A program made the translations under genes and the position numbers. A stretch of 64,000 bases of DNA, taken from assembly GCA_036260935.1 (NCBI GenBank), contig DATALQ010000013.1, positions 3,080-67,079 of the forward strand. The letters are read 5' to 3'. The first letter of the stretch is position 1. Each line of letters starts with the position of its first letter. The DNA comes from Clostridia bacterium. Its GTDB lineage: Bacteria > Bacillota > Clostridia > Acetivibrionales > DTU013. The notes beneath the pieces are model-generated. The model searched no databases, was not told the DNA's origin, and was given only the letters and a program-made list of their open reading frames with translations. Shown piece by piece: positions 56,863 to 64,000 of this stretch.

Positions 56863-59688
56863 TCATACCCCTCTGAAATAATGCCCCTTCGTATAACCCG
56901 GTCCCGGCTGCATGTTCGCCACACGTTTACCCGCCTGTCTGTCTTCGGCTTCCTGCCGTGCCGCCCTGTAAAGCCTGATAAGTTCCTTTATCCGCTCAGG
57001 CCCCTCATCCCATATATAAAGCCTTAGCATTCCTACTCCGGAATCGGTAAGATTGTTTACGATATCGGGTACAAAAAGTACGTCTGAATTCAGTATTATA
57101 CTCCTGCAATCAGTCCTGTCACAAAGCACAGGAAACTCAGAGCCTTTTCTGTCCCTGAGGCTGTATCCCTCCTTACTGCAAGCGCCGCTGCAACCGCGGC
57201 CGGCAGTGTACCCTCCTTCGATACATCCCACGGGGCAATATTCGCTTATCATCAACGGTATTCTGCCGTAAACCGCGGCCTCCGCGACAATATGCCTACC
57301 GTTGTCGGCACTCACAGCAGCCAAGGCCCTGCCGATGCAGGTCGCCTGCTGAAGCGTCAGTTCCGCGGAGAGTGCAATGCTGTCAAGCCCATACTTTGCC
57401 GCCTCGGTAAACGAATCGGTATTGAAAATGTTGAGTGAAATGTCTCCCGCCAGCCTAAGTCCGGACGGAACGAATTTACGTATCGTGCCTATATTTCCGC
57501 ATAGTACGCCCTCTATCAAGGATTTGGGTCCTATTCCCACCCCGGCTTCGGGAGCATCGTCCGGATTCCGTTCGTCTTCGTATCCGTCGTCCGGATTCCG
57601 TTCATCTTCGTATCCGTCATCCGAATACCGTCCACCTTCGTGTCCGCCGCCTGTTATACGGCTCAGAAACCTTTCGATCAATTTATCATAATTGCCTCTC
57701 GTGATTGCGGGCAGCCAGGCAAAAACCTCGGTCCCTGCTGCCTGCAGAGCTTTGGCGGTATTTTGGAAGCCTGGCTTTCCAATAGAATTAAAAGGCAGAT
57801 AGACTCTGTCGGCCCCTAAAGAAGAATATTCCAGTTCCTTGTCCCACTTGTAAAAGTAAAGGGATAAAGCAGGACGACCGACCGAAATTTGTCCTGACCG
57901 TACCTGCGTTATATGCGGCAACGAACATCCCACACAGCCGGCAGGCCGCGCCGCACCGTCGCTGTCGATCGCCTGATTGACGCTCTCCAGGCTGCGCCTG
58001 TCTGGATAGCGTTCTGCCCTAATTTTATAGAGCTCAACGAGCGCCTGTCTCCTGACCTCGTTTATTTCACTTACCGGGATTGTCAGTCCAGAGGCGATTT
58101 CAATCTTCAGTTCCGTAAAAACAAAAGGCGTCGATCCTGTCCTGTATAGCTGCTCCCTCAGTCTCTCCTCCGAAAGAGGCTTGTTCAAAGCTTCTTCGGG
58201 ATTCATAGTTCCCTTGGCTGTGGCGCTATGTCTCCCGGAGTCCCATACACGGAGAATAAGCGGCCGTCCGTGCTGTAAAACCGCCTCGCCGGCAATTTTC
58301 ACACGCTTTACAAGCTTACCCGAGAAGGTTTCACGGGCTTGTTTGTTCAACGTTATATCCAAAGTCTTATAAACTCCGAAGCCAGGTGCGATCCTGCCCT
58401 TGAATTCCCCGATCACCGCAAGGTCGCCCTTTTTAGCCATTTTTGCGTTCTGCTTCCCAAGCGTTATAGAGGTAATCGTACCTCCGGGGCTGTCAGTGCC
58501 CCCGGTCCATATCTCTACACCGTCTCCCATGTGCAGATCCCATTCCAGCCTTATCGTCACAGTTTTCGTACGGCTGTCATACGCCTGTACTTTCCCAAGA
58601 TAGATACCGCTGTTATTGGGTTTTTCATAGCTCATCATGTCGGCGCCTGTTTTCCCCATCATATAACCTGTGGAAAAACCGCCCCTGTTGTATATCTGAA
58701 GGATATCGTGCCTGTCATTTTCCTCCACACCGGGCAGAGGCCCATTTCCGGCGCCTTTATGCCCGATGGCAAGATCCAGGTACTTTCTGTACAGCCGGAC
58801 AACAGTAGCTACATATTCGGGGCTCTTCATCCTGCCCTCGATTTTAAGCGAACGTATGCCAGAATCTGCGATATCAGCCATGAACTCGAGCGTACACATG
58901 TCTTTAGGGCTCATAAGGTATCCGGAGCGTTCTGTTAAGGTGCGATTCCGGTATTCATTTATCCGCGTGCCGCCCGAACTACCTTCGCCCGAACTGTCCC
59001 CGCCGGATCTGCCACCGCCCGGCCTACTACCGGGTAAAGCCGCCAACTGGTAGGGCAGTCTGCAGGGCTGCGCGCATTTTCCGCGGTTGCCGCTTCTGCC
59101 GCCTATCATGCTGCTCATGAGGCACTGCCCGGAGTAGCAGACGCAGAGCGCTCCGTGCACAAAGACCTCTATTTCGAGTTTCGTATTATGCGCTATATCG
59201 GAAATTTCCTTCAAGGGTAGTTCTCTTGCAAGCACAGCCCTGCTGAAGCCCATGTCTTCGAGCGTACGCACTCCCGCCAGGTCATAGACCGTCATCTGTG
59301 TACTGCCGTGCAGGGGCACATCCGGCATCACTTTTCTGAGAGCGGCGGCAAGACCCAGATCCTGTACAATAATACCGTCGATACCTGCGTACCTCGCTTC
59401 AGCGGCAAATTCGACCGCCTGTTTTATTTCATCGTCGGAAACGAGAGTATTCAGCGTCAGATAAAGGCTAACGCCGCGCGCGTGGGCATAAAGCAGCTCT
59501 TCGCGGAGCATTTCGGCGTCGAAATTGTCCGCATTCTCCCTTGCGTTAAAAGACCTGCCGCCAAGGTAGACCGCATCCGCTCCGTTTTCCACTGCTGCAT
59601 GCAGAGCGTCGCGGTTTCCCGCAGGAGCAAGAAGTTCGATCATTTTTCCGGATTTGTTCAATTCGTTATATGTCCCGGGTCTGTCCAT
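56863..59688 (-). CDS. Large U32-family peptidase (PrtC/collagenase-like) with low-complexity insertions
   Basis: ELLAPAGN start region and the U32 signature EVFVHGALCVCYSGQCLMSSMIGGRSGNRGKCAQPCR. Confidence 0.85.
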   Translation of the reverse strand: MDRPGTYNELNKSGKMIELLAPAGNRDALHAAVENGADAVYLGGRSFNARENADNFDAEMLREELLYAHARGVSLYLTLNTLVSDDEIKQAVEFAAEARYAGIDGIIVQDLGLAAALRKVMPDVPLHGSTQMTVYDLAGVRTLEDMGFSRAVLARELPLKEISDIAHNTKLEIEVFVHGALCVCYSGQCLMSSMIGGRSGNRGKCAQPCRLPYQLAALPGSRPGGGRSGGDSSGEGSSGGTRINEYRNRTLTERSGYLMSPKDMCTLEFMADIADSGIRSLKIEGRMKSPEYVATVVRLYRKYLDLAIGHKGAGNGPLPGVEENDRHDILQIYNRGGFSTGYMMGKTGADMMSYEKPNNSGIYLGKVQAYDSRTKTVTIRLEWDLHMGDGVEIWTGGTDSPGGTITSITLGKQNAKMAKKGDLAVIGEFKGRIAPGFGVYKTLDITLNKQARETFSGKLVKRVKIAGEAVLQHGRPLILRVWDSGRHSATAKGTMNPEEALNKPLSEERLREQLYRTGSTPFVFTELKIEIASGLTIPVSEINEVRRQALVELYKIRAERYPDRRSLESVNQAIDSDGAARPAGCVGCSLPHITQVRSGQISVGRPALSLYFYKWDKELEYSSLGADRVYLPFNSIGKPGFQNTAKALQAAGTEVFAWLPAITRGNYDKLIERFLSRITGGGHEGGRYSDDGYEDERNPDDGYEDERNPDDAPEAGVGIGPKSLIEGVLCGNIGTIRKFVPSGLRLAGDISLNIFNTDSFTEAAKYGLDSIALSAELTLQQATCIGRALAAVSADNGRHIVAEAAVYGRIPLMISEYCPVGCIEGGYTAGRGCSGACSKEGYSLRDRKGSEFPVLCDRTDCRSIILNSDVLFVPDIVNNLTDSGVGMLRLYIWDEGPERIKELIRLYRAARQEAEDRQAGKRVANMQPGPGYTKGHYFRGV

Positions 59689-59831
59689 TTTATCACCTGT
59701 ATATATTTAGAAGGTATTATCGGATATAGATAATCTATCCCTTAATGCTGCGGCGTATTCCATTATAAACGGCTAATGACGCCGTTAAACGGCTTTTTGG
59801 GCCCTGGTCCGTTCCGTTATATGGAATTACA

Positions 59832-59866
59832 TAAAAATCGCTCCGCAGGTCCTCCCGCGAAGCGAT
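59832..59866 (-). terminator. Intrinsic terminator after zapA
   Basis: Minus strand atcgcttcgc-loop-gcggagcgat followed by TTTTT. Confidence 0.6.
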
Positions 59867-59880
59867 AATATTGCAAAACC

Positions 59881-60369
59881 TTAGTCTCTCGCTCTTTCTG
59901 CCTTATCAAGCGAATTGCGGACTTCTCCGAGTTCTGCTTCCCGTTTGGCAAGTTCGAGCTTGAGAGTTGCATTCATTTCGCCCAATGCCGTATTTTCCTG
60001 CAGCAGTCGCTGCCTTTCCTCCTTCAGCCCTTCAAGCTCCTCAAGCGCCTTTTTGAGTTCCTTCCTGGCGTCTTGTTCACCCTCGCGGCTCTTGAAAAAG
60101 TCGTCGGCGACATTTATCGCTGTCAGGACTGCTGCAAGAGAAGTACTGAGACTGTTAGTGTTCCTCAATATCTCAGTCATTTTTTTATCTATATAATGCC
60201 CGACCTTCTGAATATACTCTTCCGGCTCGGTCCCGACTATAGTATAATCCTTGCCTGCAATCCTAAGCTCCACCTTGTTCCTTGTGCTCAATGTATCAGC
60301 ATCCTTTCGGCAGCGCCTTAAGTTCTTCATCCTGTCGCTTCGCGTAAAGAGAGGATGGTCTTTTCCCAT
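59881..60369 (-). CDS. zapA: Cell division protein ZapA
   Basis: VELRIAGKDYTIVGTEPEEYIQKVGHYIDKKM...LAAVLTAINVADDF plus a C-terminal coiled coil. Confidence 0.85.
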   Translation of the reverse strand: MGKDHPLFTRSDRMKNLRRCRKDADTLSTRNKVELRIAGKDYTIVGTEPEEYIQKVGHYIDKKMTEILRNTNSLSTSLAAVLTAINVADDFFKSREGEQDARKELKKALEELEGLKEERQRLLQENTALGEMNATLKLELAKREAELGEVRNSLDKAERARD

Positions 60370-60433
60370 CCTCTCACATTATACTATATTCAGCCAAAAA
60401 AGCATATATTTTAATATTTTTTATCCTTTTTTA

Positions 60434-61882
60434 TTATTTGCTGCTTTCTTTTACGGCATCATTCGCGCTTTCCTTTACCTCTTCCTTGCCGCTCGCATAC
60501 TTTCTAAGAATATCGGTAATGTCGACGCCCGTGAGGCCTTTAACTGTTTCAGGCAACTGAGCAATTACACCCGTAATATCCTTTGTCAGCTTCGAAGCGC
60601 CGGAATCGCCTATCATGACAATTTTTTCCGTCTTCGAGAGAGGCTGTGCCACTGCTGATGCTATGTCCGGCAGCTTTTCGATGACCATCTGCGCGATAGC
60701 CGCATCGTTGAACTGCTTGTAAGCTTCTGCCTTCTTGGCCAGGGCTGCTGCTTCAGCTTCACCCTTTGCTTTGATGATCTCCGCTTCCGCAAGACCTGCC
60801 GCCTTTATTGCTTCCGCCTTTGCAAGACCTTCGGCTTTAATCGCGTAGGATTGCGCTTCGGCGTCCTTGGACTTCTTTACCTTGTCGGCTTCAGCGGAAA
60901 CTTCGGTCTTGAACCTGTCGGCTTCGGCAGGCTTCCTGATCATTGCATCGAGTTCCTTCTCTTTTCTCAGAGCTTCCTGTTCCTGCAGCTCGATTTCTTT
61001 CTGTTTCTTGACGATCTCGACCTGCATTGCTTCCTTCTGAACTTCCTGCTGTATGACGAACTTCTTCTTGTCGTATGAAAGATCGGCCTCGGCTTTTCTT
61101 TCATTGATGGCAGCCTGGTAATCGGCGACCTTCATTTCCTTGTCCCTGTTCGCTTCCGCAACCTTGGTCTCTGCGAGGTACTTGGCTGTCTGTCCTGCCT
61201 GCATGGCCTCGGCGCTCTTTATATCGGCGTCCCTCTTGGCTTCAGCCTGGCCAATGACGGCATCCCTCTGAACCCTTGCGATCTGCGCCTTACCGAGACT
61301 TTCCAGGTAACCGTTCTTATCGGCGATTTCCCTGATCGTAAAGGATATGATCTTGAGACCCATATTTGCGAGGTCACCGGCTGCAAGCTCCTGCACCTTT
61401 TGTGCGAATGCGTCCCTGTTCTGGTTGATCTCTTCTACCGTAAGGTTTCCGACTATCGAACGCAGATGACCTTCAAGGGTCTGCGTAGCGATTCGTTTGA
61501 TCTCATCCTCTTTCAGGCTCAGGAACTGCTCTGCAGCAGTTGCTATTGCTTCCTGGCTCGAATCGATCTTTACCTGTGCAATACCATCGACTGAAACCTG
61601 CACGCCCTGGGAAGTATATGCGCTTGAATTGACGTCGAGAGGCATAATCCTTAGTGATATTGTCTTCGAAATTTCCAGTACCGGCAGAACAAAAGTCGCT
61701 CCGCCCCTGACTATCCTGAACCCTACTACCTGACCATTGGGAAGCCTCTTCTTGCGTCCCGAGACTATCAATGCCTCATCCGGTCCCACCTTGACGTATC
61801 TGCCGACAAAAACAGATACCAGTATGAAAAGGATTACGACTAGAACTAAACCAATTATTACCGGCAACGCGTATGAACCCAT
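60434..61882 (-). CDS. Flotillin (SPFH/band-7) family protein, FloT/YuaG-like
   Basis: N-terminal TM, SPFH domain, long Ala/Glu/Lys flotillin repeats (AEAEIIKAKGEAEAAALAKKAEAYKQ). Confidence 0.9.
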   Translation of the reverse strand: MGSYALPVIIGLVLVVILFILVSVFVGRYVKVGPDEALIVSGRKKRLPNGQVVGFRIVRGGATFVLPVLEISKTISLRIMPLDVNSSAYTSQGVQVSVDGIAQVKIDSSQEAIATAAEQFLSLKEDEIKRIATQTLEGHLRSIVGNLTVEEINQNRDAFAQKVQELAAGDLANMGLKIISFTIREIADKNGYLESLGKAQIARVQRDAVIGQAEAKRDADIKSAEAMQAGQTAKYLAETKVAEANRDKEMKVADYQAAINERKAEADLSYDKKKFVIQQEVQKEAMQVEIVKKQKEIELQEQEALRKEKELDAMIRKPAEADRFKTEVSAEADKVKKSKDAEAQSYAIKAEGLAKAEAIKAAGLAEAEIIKAKGEAEAAALAKKAEAYKQFNDAAIAQMVIEKLPDIASAVAQPLSKTEKIVMIGDSGASKLTKDITGVIAQLPETVKGLTGVDITDILRKYASGKEEVKESANDAVKESSK

Positions 61883-61900
61883 TACAAATCCTCCCTTAAA

Positions 61901-62602
61901 TTAATTATTTCCAGCATCTCTGCGTGGTTTTCCGTTCTCTTTGTTTTCCTGTTCCTCGTAGTTAATTTCGATATCGTCCAGCGTCAGCTTCTGCTGAACT
62001 ACAGCAACATTTCCCGCAATCTCCCTTATTATGACTGCCGCGCCTCTTTTGATCGGGCTCCCCTCCATGGATCTGGCGGATTGAGTATACCTGATCCCGT
62101 TGGCAACATAGGCTATCTCGCCGAGCCCTTTTTCCGGCACTGGTGTTATTACTTCGGCTTCGGTTCCAGCAAGCTCGTCAAGAGAGTAAATCGAATTGGA
62201 CTGCGAGCCGTACATGAACTTGACGATCCCGAAAAACAGCGCCGCTCCTATGGCTCCTGCAACCCCTAATGAAATGATGGTACTCATCAGCCCGGAAATA
62301 CCGAAGCCCTTCATGGAAATAATACCCACTGCACCGAAGGTACTGATCGCGCTCGCAATAACAAGCGGATTGAAAGGTGACGGGGTATCGGAGGAATCTG
62401 ATGCATGCTGTGCGCCGGCGGTATGCCCCGCGTCGGCGACATGGCCCGCGCCTGCTCCTGCCGCATGGTCGAAACCTCCGGCATGGTCCATTCCGACCGC
62501 ATGATCGAGGCCTCCTGCATGATCGAAGCTGCCGATATGATCTGCCCCGCCCGCGTGACCTACTCCGTGATCACCTCCATGATCCCCGAGGATCAGCGAC
62601 AA
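61901..62602 (-). CDS. NfeD-family membrane protein (YuaF-like) with a His/Gly/Asp repeat
   Basis: TM helices plus a C-terminal OB-like GEIAYVANGIRYTQSARS...GAAVIIREI. Immediately upstream of the flotillin gene. The frame stays open upstream, and a CTG at 62651-62653 sits 7 nt after GGGAGG. Confidence 0.75.
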   Translation of the reverse strand: MSLILGDHGGDHGVGHAGGADHIGSFDHAGGLDHAVGMDHAGGFDHAAGAGAGHVADAGHTAGAQHASDSSDTPSPFNPLVIASAISTFGAVGIISMKGFGISGLMSTIISLGVAGAIGAALFFGIVKFMYGSQSNSIYSLDELAGTEAEVITPVPEKGLGEIAYVANGIRYTQSARSMEGSPIKRGAAVIIREIAGNVAVVQQKLTLDDIEINYEEQENKENGKPRRDAGNN

Positions 62603-62883
62603 AACAGAGTAAAATAAGCCGAATGCAAGGCAACCGATAAATACGTAAAGCAGAAAATCACCTCCCGCAATAAAACTGCCAAGATTATTTTACCATATCC
62701 GCCCGGTCATTGAAATGGGATGCAAATCTGTACAATATACGGTGCATGTTTTGTATAAGTCTTATCAATCGAAAGCACGCTAAAGCTATAATCCTGATCG
62801 CCGCATAAAAGCAGACAAGGCCGGCCGTGCAAACTCTGTCCGGCAAGCCTTGGTCAAAAACATACATTATCGCAACCGTTATA

Positions 62884-64000
62884 TCACTCCTGATTCAGAT
62901 TCAATATCTTCCCATCGTCAGGGTTTATATAAACGAGCCAGTAACCGAACGCACCATAGCGCTGCTTGCTCCCATCGGCCTGTACCCATTTGCTCAGCTC
63001 CCCGAACGGTTTCCGGTCTACCATATGCATTCCGGGAACTCCGCACACAACGAATTTTTTGCCGTCCCTTCTGGTAAATATGCCGACTATAAGGTGGCGG
63101 TACTTGTAATGAGCCAGCATCACCGCCGGATTGAACATGAGAGGCGATCTGATATTGTTTTGATAAAGGATATTATTGAGGTTAACAGGGTTGGTTATCT
63201 TCCACCATAAGTAATCGCTACGTTTGCTATGGAAGGGATCGTTAGCTTCAAAATTACCGTCCATGATGGCCTTGAGCCTTGACAGATCACCTGCCGGCTT
63301 CACCTGCTCGGTCGGCGTTCCCCCATGGACACGGCATGCCTCGCATGGACTGGCATTACCCGCTTCAGCATTTAAAATGGCTCCGCAGATATTTCCGTTC
63401 AGGTACAGGCACCCTGTATTCACACTGCCCGGACCGTCGCGGTAAATATATTCGGTCTGCGAGGCTGCCCTATCCTGTGCCGGTTCAGTAACCGGCGGCT
63501 GCGCACTGTCCGGAGACACCGCCGTGCCATCGTCAGCCTGTGCTGCCTGTACTTCCTCCGGCTGTTCTACCCTGGCCGACTGTTCTTCACGCTCCAGATC
63601 TTCATACTCCTGTCCTTGCTCTGCCGACAACTGCCCCGATTCCGCGGACTCCCCAGCCGGTTCCTGATACTCCTGTCCTTGCTCTGTCGGCAACTGCCCC
63701 GATTCCTCGGGCTCCCCAGCTGGTTCCTGATATTCCTGTCCCTGCTCTGCCGGCAACTGCCCCGATTTCTCGGGCTCCCCAGCAGATTTCTGATATTCCT
63801 GCGCCTGCTCTGCCGGTAACTGCCCCTTCTCCTCAGGCACCTGTGCCGGTTCCTGATACTTCTGTCCCTGCCCATCTCCAAAAGGCTGACCGGGTTCATA
63901 GGGCTGTATCTGCTGGGGATATGGCTGGTAAGGGCTGTACATCTGAGGCTGCGGAGCGAACATCTGGTATGGGTTATATGTATCTAAAGGCTGTTCCTGA
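62884..64000 (-). CDS. Hypothetical protein: Pro/Gln/Glu-rich repeats plus a conserved C-terminal globular domain (5' end off the right edge)
   Basis: The frame is open upstream of the track's ATG to position 64000 (QEQPLDTYNPYQM...). C-domain YLWWKITNP...RHLIVGIFTRRDGKKFVVCGVPG...FGYWLVYINPDDGKI. Confidence 0.5.
   Translation of the reverse strand, partial: QEQPLDTYNPYQMFAPQPQMYSPYQPYPQQIQPYEPGQPFGDGQGQKYQEPAQVPEEKGQLPAEQAQEYQKSAGEPEKSGQLPAEQGQEYQEPAGEPEESGQLPTEQGQEYQEPAGESAESGQLSAEQGQEYEDLEREEQSARVEQPEEVQAAQADDGTAVSPDSAQPPVTEPAQDRAASQTEYIYRDGPGSVNTGCLYLNGNICGAILNAEAGNASPCEACRVHGGTPTEQVKPAGDLSRLKAIMDGNFEANDPFHSKRSDYLWWKITNPVNLNNILYQNNIRSPLMFNPAVMLAHYKYRHLIVGIFTRRDGKKFVVCGVPGMHMVDRKPFGELSKWVQADGSKQRYGAFGYWLVYINPDDGKILNLNQE
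63606..63850 (-). repeat. About four 60-bp tandem repeats encoding SGQLPAEQGQEYQEPAGEPE units
   Basis: Near-identical blocks ctgccccgattc..cgg.ctccccagc.ggttcctgata.tcctgtcc.tgctctg.cg.caa. Confidence 0.85.

Overview
The window looks like chromosome from a spore-forming Clostridia-class Firmicute, with about 80% of genes on the minus strand. All family and DUF names are recalled from motifs, not searched.

Gene content, left to right:
- 1-3.9 kb: a visibly AT-rich island carrying the 5' half of a type 1 BREX operon (brxA-brxB-brxC, which runs off the left edge). It abuts tRNA-Thr(GGT) and tRNA-Gly(CCC), and a diverged extra copy of the tRNA-Thr 3' half looks like an integration scar.
- 4.4-8.1 kb: the conserved sigH / rlmB / mrnC block.
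- 8.3-14.7 kb: gcvT-gcvH-gcvPA-gcvPB behind a tandem glycine riboswitch, plus a lipoate-protein ligase.
- 14.9-20.9 kb: a spore-coat cluster (amphi-Trp protein, two CotS-type kinases, a GT4 glycosyltransferase, UDP-glucose dehydrogenase, an epimerase and a GT4 gene relic).
- 21.2-23.7 kb: cysS-cysE behind a Cys T-box.
- 23.9-39.7 kb: mostly spore-associated or uncharacterised genes (SLH-TraB/GumN, ogg, DUF4397, a P-loop-Asp23 fusion, a YtxC-like protein, DUF378, an alpha/beta SASP) and an AT-rich islet of membrane proteins.
- 39.8-43.3 kb: a sugar ABC importer.
- 43.8-53.5 kb: an MCP, yebC, an orphan histidine kinase, a CoA-binding protein, yigZ, a NUDIX hydrolase, an LtaS-like sulfatase, PPi-PFK and a receiver-degenerate GGDEF protein.
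- 53.5-64 kb: a solitary about 880-aa Eco57I/TaqI-type N6-adenine methyltransferase apparently co-transcribed with an insertion-bearing dUTPase, then a large U32 peptidase, zapA, an nfeD-flotillin pair and a Pro/Gln/Glu-repeat protein that runs off the right edge.

Most unusual signals:
1. In-frame low-complexity tandem repeats sit inside otherwise canonical housekeeping genes (rlmB, gcvT, gcvPA, lplA, U32, the methyltransferase, nfeD). A related 9-bp satellite of about 460 bp lies in the mrnC-rlmB spacer.
2. The dut-methyltransferase pair.
3. Several intergenic blocks with strand-specific helices that I could not assign to any RNA family.

No CRISPR array, rRNA, transposase or integrase is visible in the window.
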